From Eledone cirrhosa (Eukaryota), in NCBI GenBank assembly GCA_964016885.1, contig OZ024741.1:44268001-44332000 (forward strand): a stretch of DNA of 64,000 nucleotides, in the 5' to 3' direction. Below the pieces are notes generated by a model. That model was not told the origin of the DNA and did no database searches. It saw nothing but the letters and a program-made list of their open reading frames with translations. Below, in pieces: positions 25,064 to 38,489 of the stretch (its first letter is position 1; each line of letters starts with the position of its first letter). The position numbers and the translations under genes are program-made.

Positions 25064-28000
25064 TCAGATATTCAGGACGTATCGGAGGGTTCTTGCTGTT
25101 CCAAGCAAGCATGCCTTTTGAAGCGTTCCAAAAAGCGTGAAGGGGCCGATTTTCTTTAACCATCCCTGGAAACTTTTGGAGATAGTCCCCAGTGCGCCTA
25201 TGACAATCGGGATCACTTTGACTTCATGGCAGTTCCAAATCCTTTTCACCTCCCACTTTAGGTCCTGGTATCGGTTAATTTTCTCCCTCTCCTTCTCTTG
25301 CACTCTCGTGTCGAACGGGCAGGCCACATCCACAATCAGGCACGATCTTTTTTCTTTGTCCACAACCACCAGGTCAGGTCTATTGTGTTCCAGTTTTTTG
25401 TCCGTCTGTATCCTAAAATCCCACAGTACCTTCACCTGATTGTTCTCCATCACCGCCTCTGGCCTATGCTCATACCATTTCTCAGAATGTGGTAGATTGT
25501 TTACTTTGCACAGGTGCCAGTGGATCACCCTGCCCATCACATCGTGTCTCCAGCCCTTATAGTGGGTCTGGGCTAGGTGTTTACACTCGGACACAATGTG
25601 AGCCACAGTCTCCTCTCTCTCTCCACAGATCCTGCACAGTGGGCTAGCCTCCTCCTTGTAGATATGGTGCTTCAACCACTTCGTTTTGAGGGCCTGCTCC
25701 TGCGCAGCCATTAGCATTCCTTCTGTAGCCTTTTTGAGGTCTCCTCTTCTCAACCAGTTCCATGTCTGTGGATCTCTAAATTCAGTTTTCTCAAAGAAGG
25801 TACTATGAAGGGGTTTTCCCTTAAGGCTGCTCTTCCTCCTTGATGTTATTTCCTCCCTGGACATCCCCTGGCCTACTGTCCCCTCCTTCAGTACAGTTCT
25901 GAGCATTGGCTCCTTACTATAGGTCACGTATTTGTATAGGTTGTTTTTCTCCATCTGAACACAGTCCTCTATGCTGATAAGACCTCTTCCACCCTCAGAT
26001 CCCCTTAGGTAGAGTCTATCGACATCACTCCTCTTGTGGAACATGTTGTAGATAGTCAATAGCTTCCTAGTCTTCCTATCCATTTCTTTCTGTTCAGCAA
26101 TATTCCATCTCAGAATTCCCGCACTGTACCTAATAATAGACACAGCTCGGGAATTTACTGCGCTTATGGCATTTCTGCTGTTCAGATGTGACTTCAATAC
26201 GCTCCTTACTCTCCGAATGTATTCAGTTCTTAACAATTCCTTCATTTTTTTGTTCTTTATGCCATCAGCCTCCAGAACGCCCAAATACTTGTATCCTTCC
26301 TCAGAGTCAATTTCCTTTATCATCTCACCTGTTGGTATCTGGATCCCGTTACTTCTGCTCAACCTACCCCTCTTCATCACGATGACTCCACATTTACCAA
26401 TACCAAACTGCATACATATATCACTGCTGAAAATACGGACAGTGTGAACAAGCACATCCAACTCCTTCTCACTTTTCCCGAAGAGCTTAAGATCGTCCAT
26501 GAAGAGGAGGTGATTGATGGTAAGCTCTCCCCTTCCCAACTTGTATCCTGCTCTCACTTTTCGCAGCATAATGGTCAAGGGCATCAGGGCAAGGACAAAC
26601 AACAGAGGGGACAGGCTATCTCCCTGGAAGATACCTCTCTTGATCTTCACGCTTCCCAAGGATACTCCAGTTGATGTCAACTCTGTCTCCCAGGACCCCA
26701 TACTCCTGCCTAGCAACTGTCTGATGTTATCTGCCACCCTGAAGATCTCCAGGCTTTTGGTGATCCAGGAATGAGGCACCATGTCAAATGCTTTTCTGTA
26801 GTCTATCCATCCCATGGCAAGATCAGTGTGTCTCCTCCTGCAATTCCCCATTACCACCTTATCAATAAGCAACTGGTCCTTTGTACCACGTGCCTTCTTT
26901 CGGCATCCTTTCTGTTCGTCCGGTAACAAGTTGTTTGTGTGGAGGTGATGGTAGATTTCCTCAGACACAATGCTCGTCAACAGTTTCCACATTACGGGCA
27001 GACATGTGATAGGTCTGTAGTTGGTAGCATCATTACCCTTGATTCGGTCTTTCATTATCAGAACTGTGGTACCTTTTGTCAACCACTCTGGCACCTCACC
27101 CGACACCAAGCAGTCATTGAACATGGCCGTCAGCTTCGGGTGGAGGGATGTTAGATGTTTAATCCAATACCCCTGCACACCATCTGGGCCTGGTGATTTT
27201 CAGTTGGTTAGTTTTTTGGCTTGCCCCTTAACAGTTTCAACTGTGATACTCAAATCAGTCTGTTGCCGTGCCTGCTCACCGATCTCCCTCTGTACTGTCT
27301 CAATCCACCCTGCCTGGGCATTGTGTCTAACATCCTGCTCCCATATTCCTCTCCAGAATGTTTTAGTTTGCTCCGCCCCAGGGATCAAGTCGTTGCCTCT
27401 TTCTTTGCCCTCAAGCTGTCCAAACAGCATCTTCTGGTTGTTGTCGAACATGCGGTTCTGTTTATACTGACTGACTCTGTTCTCGTATCGCCTGATTTTT
27501 GCATTCTTTGCTACAATGCGTTGCTTCAGTTTCTCTATGATAATATTTAGCTTTTTACTCCTAGTTTTGTATTTTATTTCCAGTCTATTTTTAGTGCCTA
27601 TGTTTTTTAGTGTCCCATTCAGTAGTGACTCAAGCTTTCCTATGTCATTTCTCATTTCCCCGATTTGCCCACTCAGTCGCTTCTTCCACCACGGCTCTGC
27701 TCTTTCTTGTCTGTTGTTTCCTCTCGCTTTTATACCAAGTAGTTTCCTCACCGTATTTGCTGTTGCTCTGAGGATATTGTTGCACTGGTGAAGGCTCCTC
27801 GCCTCAAGGTATGGGATGACTTTGTTTACCTTAGCTGTTGTTTCTTTTAACTTTTTCCTGTCTACAAATCTTAAGTTCATAGGTCTCCCACTATCATTGT
27901 TCAATTCATCTACCACTAAATTTAGGATGTCAACCGAATCTTGTCCTAGCCCGTCAGCATTCATCTCCTCAGTGGCCGTATCTCTGTTCCAGGTATTATT

Positions 28001-28456
28001 TATCTCAGTACTCAGATCATTGTCTGCTTCGGGTGGTTCCTCCGTTCTCAGGACCTCCTTACCTTCATTTCCCACCGGCTCGCTTGTCTGGCATACTACA
28101 CCCGCCATCTCCAAGCCATTCTCTCTGCTCAGTTCCTCCAGTTCCAGCTCGCTTATCCACCCATTAGTTCTTATTACCCGAGCCTGCCCGGCCAATTTTT
28201 GTTCATCTAATTTAAATAAACCAATCTCGTTCCAGATGTTATGCATCCGTCTCCTGTGGCCCCTCTCCTTGGGGTTACTTTTCAGGTAGCATTGCATAAC
28301 AGTTCTATTCAATTCTTTCGTCCAGTTGGTTCTGGCCCCTTTCCTTCTTCTCCTTCCTCCAACATCAGCAGTATTTGGTTGACAGTCAGGTTCCTGCTGC
28401 TGAGCCAGGGGGCACCTGTTGGGTGAGAGTCTGTCACATGACGTTCTAGTCTCCAT
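25064..28456 (-). pseudogene. ~1130-codon RT/RLE ORF with one in-frame TGA at 27200-27202
   Basis: NYRPITCL, GIFQGDSLSPLLF, LFMDDLK, CRIC..ET..H...C, RHD, RPDLV; the two listed ORFs share a frame; sister copy has TGG (NWKSPGPDG). Confidence 0.93.
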
Positions 28457-28958
28457 TTCACCGTTATTCGAACTGTTTATGTTCGATATTTAAACACTCT
28501 TATCCAGGATTGGCGAATGTATGTTTACATAGCCATCTGTGGATCCGCCATTCCACTTGGCCCTTGTGTGGCATTATCACCACGCTGTATACGAACACAC
28601 ATAACCAAACAAACACACAGGCAGAAAGGGCCCCAAAAATGAATAAGCATAAGTTTCATTGTAATGTAGTGTTCGAATGTCTGACTTAGTTTTAGTTTTT
28701 TAAGTTTTACTTTTTCCCCCCTCTTCTCTGTCCGTCCGCCTGCTTCTCTCTTCATTCTTATTTTCTTTACGTTTTTGGGGTTTCTTTTTTTTGTTTTTGT
28801 TTTTCTCTGTTTGTTTTTCTCGTTTTTTGCTGTTGTTGCTGTGCTGCTTTGGTTTTGTTGTTTGTTTTTTCTTTTTTCTTTTGGGTCTATCTATATATTT
28901 TGATGCCTTCCTCTTTGTTAGTAGTAGGAATTCTATAATGTGGAAGTAGCAGCCACCA

Positions 28959-29206
28959 GGGAAGTGGGAGACTGGCGGCGTTAGCGATACTGAGACAGTG
29001 GTGGTGGTGATGTCGATACCGAGGCAGTGGTGGCGGTGATGTGACCGTATTACTGTAGTGATGGTGCTGTAGCGGAGTCAAGGGAAGTGGGAGACTGGCG
29101 GCGTTAGCGATACTGAGACAGTGGTGGTGGTGATGTCGATACCGAGGCAGTGGTGGCGGTGATGTGACCGTATTACTGTAGTGATGGTGCTGTAGCGGTG
29201 TCAAGG
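28959..29206. repeat. 123-bp tandem duplication (2 near-identical copies)
   Basis: gggaagtgggagactggcggcg at 28959 and 29082. Confidence 0.9.
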
Positions 29207-29650
29207 GGTGGTGGCGGCGGTGATGGGATAGTGGTGGTAATGATGGCCGTAGTGAGCGGTGGCGGTGAAGGTGAAAATGTGTCGTTATCTGGCTGTTGTG
29301 TTTAGTGTACACAGATGATGGGGTGGGTGGTGTATCTAGTTTCTGGTGTTGGTGAGTTTAGCTGTCCTATATAGTGTAGCCAGAGGAGAGGAGGGGAGGG
29401 GTTCTTCTTCCATTTATAGCCATTTTTTTTTTTTTTTTGGATATAAAGTGTACAATACAAAGTTGAATATTTGAATATTTGAGCCTTATAACAATATATT
29501 TTGGGTCCGAATTTTTGGGGGCTCAAGCCGGGTGCTTTACGTAGCATTTGTACTAAGAGTTGTTATTTCACAAATGGTTTAAATATGTTAAAAATTCAAA
29601 ACTTACGGGAGCGATTTCATGACCTCCGTCACCTCGTGCGTCTTCTTCCC

Positions 29651-29712
<62 letters not shown>

Positions 29713-32700
29713 GGAGACCTACGTAGTAAATCGTATTAAAGTGAGCTCCGCAAAGGTTTGTTATTTTCAGTTGTTTAAAATTGCCATTTATGGAAAATTT
29801 TAATTGTTAACTGTATATAAGTGCACATACATTGATTTATGAAAAGGACATTCAAAATGATTGGGGCCTTGAGCCCAAAATTTAAACTTTTTATAATTAT
29901 CAAACAAAAAAAATGACCTTGAAAAATCATGGCCGACTCACAGCTGAACCCAGTAGCTGAGGGCCTTCCTCACAAACTAACACCTCACACCGACACCAGC
30001 ATTGTAAATATTACTACGTTTGCAACACTAAAAATATAAGCAGTAGCAATATTTGAAATTTGTCTCAGGCAGACATTCATTTCCCGCCATTACCAATGAC
30101 TGCAGGTGTTAAAGCCGCCACCCCTACCACCACAACAGCGACAACAGAAACAAAAGAAAAAAAAATTAACTCGTGATATCGAAATGAATTTAACCAAAAG
30201 GAACTCTTCCACACCGAACACCACTGACGCCACCACCACCACAACTGAAACTAAAATTAACAATAACAAAAATAACGATGACAACAACAGCGACAAGGAA
30301 ATTAAGAAAACCACCCTGAGTTTTGCCAGAGTAGCAAAACAGTGCGAAGCATTCCAGGTAACTCAGGAGGAATTAGAAGTAGCCCCCAAAAATGGTAAAT
30401 AAAGATGGGTTCAGGGTCAGCCTTCCCCCCCTCACCCCCACCCAATAAAATGGAGCATCGGTGCCTATGCACCGTGTCTTCTCGGACGATTAACATAAAA
30501 TCGCGCCGAGTGCAAAGGGCACCCGAGTCCAAAAATTCAAAAAGCTTTGGGACATGTGTGGGCAAAAAAACCCCACATCAGACGTGGGCAGAAATATGGA
30601 ACCGTGGACGTGTTCTTTGAAACACCACAGGAGTTCAGAGAACATTCCATGGTCCCATTAAGAAGTGACGACTTCACACTCGTCCCAAGCTATTGTGGCC
30701 AGAGACTCGTGAAGAGCAGGATGACCCACGTTCCACCGGCCATCGAAATTCCCTGGCTAATAGCTACCGTCCTCGCCGGCATCGAAGCCAACACCAAGAT
30801 AATCGAAATAGCGAAAGAAAAGCAGGAGAACTTGTCCGGATCTGGGATGGAGCTCCTGATCCAAGCGGACCAAAAAAGCATTGAGGAGATCTCAGAGGTA
30901 ATAGACCTCACTGACGGCAGCCACCTTACCGTAATCGTCGAGGGCAGAAGGCCTAGGTGTGTCGTTGTGATGAAGGAATCACCTAAGGGCTTTCTGCCCT
31001 CAGGCTAAAAAGTTGAGGCCACCTCTCTTACCCACTCCAGTGGGTCAACCATCAACACCACCAGCAGCAGAGATGGCAGCAACAACTGTAGCAGCAACAA
31101 CAGAAGCAACTGTAACAGCAACAACCCCAGCAACAGTAGCAAAACCAACACCACCACCACCCAACGCGCCAGAAGTAGCACCAGCGCCTACACCTTCCAA
31201 CACGCCACAACCAAAACCAACGCATGTGGAGGATTTTCCACTCTCCGGCCTATCGCAACTGGAGACAGATTGTGACGACAAGGAGTGGGAAACGGTATCA
31301 GGAAAAAAGAAAAAAAGAAACCAAAAAAGAAAAACTTCTCTTTCCTCCCCCTGCAAAAACAAAATACAGAGGGAAACAAATAAACTATCAAACCAAAAAG
31401 TTACGACAGATATGCCACCATCCACACCAGCATCACCAACCCCATCACCACAAACACGAACACCATCACCATCATTAACCCAAACGCCACCACCACCAAC
31501 ACCACAAAAGTCACAAAAAGGCGAAATAGAAACAAACCCACAACAAACACAAACAAAACAAAACAACCAAAACGATAAACACTACACAGCATTAAATTTG
31601 AACAACACAACACCAGCATCACAGAAAAAGACTACACAACAAGCCAAAAGTTCACACAACCTCCACACATACAAATCACTCGCATCACACAGAAAACGTA
31701 CACGACACTAAAACAAAAATTCCCCAAAGATATCGGAGACTTCCGACAAGCACTCTCCAGGAGGATTTTATGAGGACATCCTTCCTGAGGAGGCCACAAG
31801 CAGTGAAAAGGATGGAGAAACCGTCCTTCCTCTACGAGAAATAAGGTAAGTGGTTTTTACCATCTTTTCCACTCCATTTCAACATGACCTCACTCAGAAT
31901 AGGCAGCATAAATGCGCGTGGCTTGGGGTCGTCATGGAATCAGGGCCACCTACTCAACGACCTCTGGTGACTAAACATAGATGTAGTGGCCATCAGCGAG
32001 ACCAGAATCTCCGAAGCACGGGCCTTCGCACCGATCTTCGGCGGCTACGATATGTACGTATCTCCCAGCCGTCCTGGATCGGGGGGAGGAGTTTCTGTGC
32101 TTTTTCAGAGAGGTTTGGATCTCGCCATACGGGCCATCTTCCTGGACCCAGAAGATAAATTGGTGATGCTGGACGTGACCATCGGAGACGGGCAAGCTTT
32201 CAGGCTAGTGGCCGTCTATGCCCCGACAGGAGCAGAGCGGCCTGATTTCTTCCGGCGTCTGCAGACCTTTCCTGGAACGTCCCGCTCTTTAGTGTTAGTG
32301 GGCGACTAGAACGGGATCTTAGATACACGCTTGGACTGTGTGGGATTAGCAGATAGGGGAGGAGGGTGCAAGATTCTCACCAACCTGCTCAGGCGTTTTG
32401 AACTGTCTGACATTTACCGATTGGATTTCCCAAATGTCCCAATGTGGACTTGGACAAATCGCGTGGGGCCATCTAGATCATATCTAGATAGAGTATTTTG
32501 TAGAGAAATAGATAGGTCTAGCATAAGCTCTCCACAATTCAAGACAGTCAGCTACACGGACCACAAATTTGTGATCTGTGTGCTTGACTTAGATAGGCTT
32601 CATAGACGAGGACACGGCTACTGGAAGCGAAACGCGTCTTTACCAGCGCGCAAGGCCTACAGAGACCGGATTAGCGAACTAGTTAAGCGGGCGTTGACGG

Positions 32701-35254
32701 GGGTCATCGTCAACAACAAATGGTGGGTTGCTCTGAAAAGAGCGATTAGAATAGAGTCCATTAGGTTTAGTAAGCCTTTAGCAATAGAGAAAAATAGAGC
32801 AGAGGGAGAACTAGTTAGAAATTTAGACGAGGCGCCTAGCAAAGGCATCGCGACCGACGTAATTGCGGCGAAATTGGCCCTTGACCAATTATTCAATACA
32901 AAGCACGAATGCTGCGTTGGCAGAGCTAGGGTGCGTGCTATCAGACACGAGGGGACGAAAACCGTTCAATGGGCCCGAGTGGCGGAGGCGCGTCGTGGCA
33001 TCAAAGCCACGATCTTGTCTTTGGTGGACCATGACGGGCGCATGCTACTCGATACCGGGAAAATGTCTGAAGCCTTCCAGCGATACTTCGCACAGCTGTT
33101 CGGGCGCAGCGGCGGGCCGGATCAAGGTATCGACTTAAGTGTCTACCTCGACCGACTACCTCGACGGAATGCCCCGGCTGCTGAGAAAGGATCCGAACAA
33201 GGGGGATAACATACATAATTTCAGGCCCATAACTCTGCTACACACAGAGTTCAAGATTTTGGCCAAGGTGCTAGCAAAGAGGTTGGCGCTTGCCGTTGGT
33301 GGTCTTGAGGGAGAGGCGCAGACATGCGCAATTCCCGACAGATCCACCCTCGACAACCTCCACCTCATGCGACACATCGTCGAGAGGGTAGCTAGGGAAC
33401 CTGGCACGGGTGGGTCCTTGATCAATTTAGATCAGTCGAAAGCTTTCGATAGGGTCGACCATCGTTACCTAGCGGCAGTACTGAGAGCGGCTGGTTTTGG
33501 GCCCGTCTTCAGAGGCTGGATCGCTGCCATGCACAGCGACATCTGCTCTGTGGTGAGAGTGAACGGTCACCTTTCGGAACCGTTCAACATCATTCACTCG
33601 GTCCGCCAAAGATGTCCTTCCTCGTCCCTCTTGTACGTATTGATTCTCGAGCCATTACTGCTCAAACTGGAGACGTTGAGGGGGGTCCCGCGCGAACTAA
33701 GATGCGGAAGGTCCGTGTCAGCATATGCGGACGATGTCACCGTAGTGGTGTCGAACGCCAAACACATCGAGGCGATCGGCACTACACTAAGATAATACGA
33801 AGCTGTGACAGGAGCAATGATCAACCTGGAAAAGTCAGTGGGCTTGCACCTCGGCACCTGGAGAGGCAGGTCCATGCCGTCCAACAGCGTCGTCGGGCGC
33901 TGGACGGACGGACCGGTTAAATTGCTAGGGGTCTGGTTCGGTCTGGACCTCAAGACGGACAAAAAATGGGACGAGGTGACGAGCAGGGTGGCTTCTCTCA
34001 CCCAGAAATGGGCGGAGAGGAAGCTATCCCCGAAAGGTCGAGCGGAGCTGGCTAACACGTGCATCGCGTCCGTCATCTACTACTTCCTGACCGTCGTATC
34101 TTCTCCTAAACCCCGCCTGACTGCGCTGGAGCGTTTGCTCTTTCGCTTTTTGTGGAAGGGACGCGCTCCGATGGTCAGGCGGTCCATCTGCTGTCAACAC
34201 CCGCTACGTGGAGGGCTGGGCTTGCCGTGGCTGATGATGCGCACACACGCGCTCAGGCTACGACATCTCCACCTCTTCCTCGACGGTGATAAGGTGTGGT
34301 CGCCGTTTCCTAGACACGACTTTCCCCATCTCGTCTCCTTGACGGAGCTGCAGTCCTGGGTCAAGCGAATACCGAGAGGGAGCGCTTGGAGACTGGAATG
34401 TCTTCAGGCGCTCACGGCCCTCGACCAATCGGGAAATGTGATCGGTGGAAACTCCACCTCGGCATTCTATAGAGGATTAGTGGAGGGGAAGAGCGACGAC
34501 GTACTTGGAGAAACTCTAGGCCTCAACGAAAATAAACTAGCCAATCTCTTCGGAAGGACTTTCGGGCCGGGGTCTATGGACAACTTCAGATATCCCTTAC
34601 CCGGCAGTGCTACCGAGGAGCTTTGCCAGTTCGGAATAAACTCTGAAGGCAGAGAGGTGCCGTCACCGGGCCTGTCCGAGATGCGCGCAGGGCAACGAAA
34701 CCGTTCTGCACGGACTCGTCCAGTGTCCGAGCATTGCTGAATTGTGGGTTTATGTCGAACACCTGCTGTCACGTGTAGGACGGATCCAGCTATCAGCTGA
34801 GTCCATTGTGAGGATTGCCCCGCCCTCTTCCTTTAGCCGGGAAGGGCAGGCAGTTTTTATGTGTATGGTGGCCATGGCGAAAGAGATACTCATTTGAAAA
34901 AGAAAATCAGGGTAGAGAGGGCAGTGCTCTCTTCACAGCATTTTGTTGAAAGATGGGTGAGAGAAGCAAGTTGGGCCCGAGTGAATGGGCCAACTCTGAG
35001 TATGTGTCATAAATTAAAGGTGGAAAACTGGGAGAGGCCACTTTCCCTGATGGTCAGGGTGACTGTGGCCTTTTAATGGGCTCTCTCCACAAATTTCCCT
35101 CGGAAGTCTCCCCCCTATTGAGGAATTTTTCATTGTTATTTTTATTACATCCTCTGTTTTTTTACACTCAGAAATGCCCATTTGTACCGTCATGTATTGT
35201 CCTGTACTCTCCTTAATGTCTACTTTATGTAAAACCTTGTGATTAATAAAGAAA

Positions 35255-35256
<2 letters not shown>
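29713..35256 (+). mobile_element. Decayed full-length Tx1/L1-type LINE (ORF1 ~30100-31850; ORF2 APE plus RT ~31884-35010)
   Basis: SINARGLG, AISET, VAVYAP, LVGD, SYLDR, TDHK, NFRPITLL, LDQSKAFDRVDH, AYADDV, GGLGLP; AATAAA then (ATT)n at the 3' end; (TTA)n at the 5' end. Confidence 0.88.
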
Positions 35257-35286
<30 letters not shown>

Positions 35287-35287
<1 letters not shown>

Positions 35288-38200
35288 TTTGAGTCTCAGT
35301 CATTGATGCTAGTTAACTGGAAAGTTTGTTGAAATGAATATCAAGCCACTACCTGCAGCCTCAGATATTCAGGACGTATCGGAGGGTTCTTGCTGTTCCC
35401 AGCAAGCATGCCTTCTGAAGCGTTCCAAATAGCGTGAAGGGGCCAATTTTCTTTAACCATCCCTCGAAACTTTTTGAGATATTCCCTAATGCGCCTATGA
35501 CGATCGGGATCACTTTGACTTCATGGCAGTTCCAAATCCTTTTAACCTCCCACTTTAAGTCCTGGTATCGGTTAATTTTCTCCCTCTCCTTCTCTTGCAC
35601 TCTCGTGTCGATTGGGCAGGCCACATCCACAATCAGGAACGATCTTTTTTCTTTGTCCACAACCACCAGGTCAGGTCTATTGTGTTCCAGTTTCTTGTCC
35701 GTCTGTATCCTAAAATCCCACAGCACCTTCACCTGATCGTTTTCTATCACCGACTCTGGTTTATGCTCATACCACTTCTCAGAATGTGGTAAATTGTTTA
35801 CTTTGCATAGGTGCCAGTGGATCACCCTGCCCATCACATCATGTCTCCAGCCCTTATAGTGAGTCTGGGCTAAGTGTTTACACTCGGATACAATGTGAGC
35901 CACAGTCTCCTCTCTCTCTCCACAGATCATGCACAGTGGGCTAGCCTCCTCCTTGTAAATATGGTGTTTCAACCACTTCGTTTTGTGGGCCTGCTCCTGC
36001 GCAGCCATTAACATTTCTTCTGTAGCCTTTTTAAGGTCTCCTCTTTTCAACCAGTTCCATGTCTGTGGATCTCTAAATTCAGTTTTCTCGAAGAAGGTAT
36101 TATGAAGGGATTTTTCCTGAAGGCTGCTCTTTCTCCTTGAAGTTATTTCCTTCTTGGACATCCCCTGGCCTATTGTCCCCTCCTTCAGTACAGTTCTGAG
36201 CATTGGGTCCTTACTCTCAGTCACGTATTTGTGTAGGTTGTTTTTCTCCATCTGAACACAGTCCTCTATGCTGATAAGACCTCTTCCACCTTCAGATCTC
36301 CTTAAGTAGAGTTTATCGACATCACTCCTCTTGTGGAACATGTTGTAGATAGTCAATAGCTTCCTAGTCTTCCTATCCATTTCTTTTTGTTCAGCAACAT
36401 TCCATCTCAGAATTCCCGCACTGTACCTAAGAATAGACACAGCTCGGGAATTTACTGCACTTATGGCATTCCTACTGTGCAGATGTGACTTTAATACGCT
36501 CCTTACTCTCCGAATGTATTCAGTTCTTATCAATTCATTCATTTTTTTGTTATTGATGTCATCAGCCTCCAGAACACCCAAATACTTGTATCCTTTTTCA
36601 GACTCAATTTCCTTTATCATCTCACCTGTTGGTACCTGGATTCCGTTACTTCTGCTCAACTTACCCCTCTTCATCACAATGACTCCAGACTTACTAATAC
36701 CAAATTGCATACATATATCATTGCTGAAAATACGGACAGTGTCAACAAGCACATCCAACTCCCTCTCACTCTTCCCGAAGAGCTTAAGATCGTCCATGAA
36801 GAGGAGGTGATTGATGGTAAGCCCTCCCTTTCCCAACCGGTATCCTGCTCTCACTTTTCGCAGTACACTGGTCAGGGGCATCAGGGCAAGGACACACAAT
36901 AAAGGGGACAGACTATCTCCCTGGAAGATACCTCTCTTGATCTTCACGCTTCCCAAGGATTCTCCAGTTGAGGTTAACACTGTCTCCCAGGATTTCATAC
37001 TTTTTCCCAACAACTGTCTGATGTTATCTGCCACCTTGAAGATCTCCAGGCTTTTGGTGATAAAAGAATGAGGCACCATGTCAAATGCCTTTTTGTAGTC
37101 TATCCATCCCATGGCAAGACCAGTGTGTCTCCTCTTGCAATTCCTCATTACCATCTTATCAATAAGTAACTGGTCCTTTGTACCACGTGACTTCTTTCGG
37201 CATCCTTTCTGTTCATCTGGTAACAAGTTGTTCGTGTGGAGGTGATGGTAGATTTCCTCAGACATAATGCTTGTCAACAGTTTCCACATTACGGACAGAC
37301 ATCTGATAGGTCTATAGTTGGTAACATCATTACCCTTGATTCGGTCCTTCATTACCAGAACCGTGGTACCTTTTGTCAACCACTCTGGTACCTCACCTGA
37401 CATCAAGCAGTCATTGAACATGGTTGTCAGTTTCGGGTGGAGGGATGTTATATTTTTAATCCAATACCCCTGCACACCATCTGGGCCTGGTGATTTCCAG
37501 TTGGTTAGTTATTTGGCCTGCTCCTTAAGAGTTTCAACTGTGATACTCAAATCAGTTTGTTGGTGTGCCTGTTCACTAATCTCCTTCTGTACTGTCTCAA
37601 TCCACACTGCCTTGTCATTAAGTTTAACATCCTGCTCTCATATCCCTCTCCAGAATGTTTTAGTTTGTTCCGCCTCAGGGATCAAGTCGTTGCCTCTTTC
37701 TTTCCCTTCAAGCTGTCCAAACAGCATCTTCTGGTTGTTGTCGAACATGCGGTTCTGTCTATACTGACTGACTCTGTTCTCTAATAGCCTGATTTTTGCA
37801 CTCTTTGCTACAATGCATTGCTTCAGTTCCTCTATGATAATATTTAGCTTTTTCCTCCTAGTTGTGTACTTTATTTCCAGTCTATTTTTAGTGTCTATGT
37901 TTTTTAGTGTCCCATTCAGTAGGGACTCAAGCTTTCCAATGTCATTTCTCATTTCCCTGATTTGACCACTCAGTCGTTTCTTCCACCAAGGCTCTGATCT
38001 TTCTTGTCTGTTGTTTCCTCTCGCTCTAATACCAAGTAGTTTCCTCACCGTATTTGCTGTTGCTTTGAGGATATTGTTGCACAGGTGAAGGCTCCTCGCC
38101 TCAAGATATGGGATGACTTTGTTTACCTTAGCTGTTGTTTCTTTTAACTTTTTCCTGTCTACAAATCTTAGGTTTATAGGTTTCTCACTATCATTGTTCA

Positions 38201-38461
38201 ATTCATCTACCACTAAGTTTAGGATATCAACCAAATCTTGTCCTAGCCCGTCAGCATTCAGCTCCTCAATGGCCGTATCTCTGTTCCAGGTATTATTTAT
38301 CTCAGCATTCAGATCATTGTCTGCTTCGGGTGGTTCCTCCGTTCTCTCGACCTCTTCACCTTCATTTCCCACTGGCTCGTTTGCCTGGCATACTCCACTC
38401 TCCATCTCCAAGCTAATCTCTCTGCTCAGTTTCTCCAGTTCCAGCTTCTTATCCACCCATC
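35287..38461 (-). mobile_element. 5'-truncated R4/Dong-type LINE family 1, second long copy
   Basis: 704-aa RT/RLE ORF colinear with 25064-27178; nonsense codons upstream; (TTA)n flanks. Confidence 0.92.
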
Positions 38462-38489
38462 AAAGTATTATTATTATTATTTTTATTAC

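Larger units (their letters stand above)
24988..29650 (-). mobile_element. Apparently full-length R4/Dong-type RLE non-LTR retrotransposon (family 1); extent of the 5' UTR uncertain
   Basis: Single long ORF with RT, CCHC zinc knuckle and PD..D..K restriction-like endonuclease; (TTA)n on both sides. Confidence 0.88.

Noticed and set aside
28503-28590. HDV-like ribozyme upstream of the R4/Dong ORF
   Set aside because: Could not build P1/P1.1/P3 by hand on the sense strand
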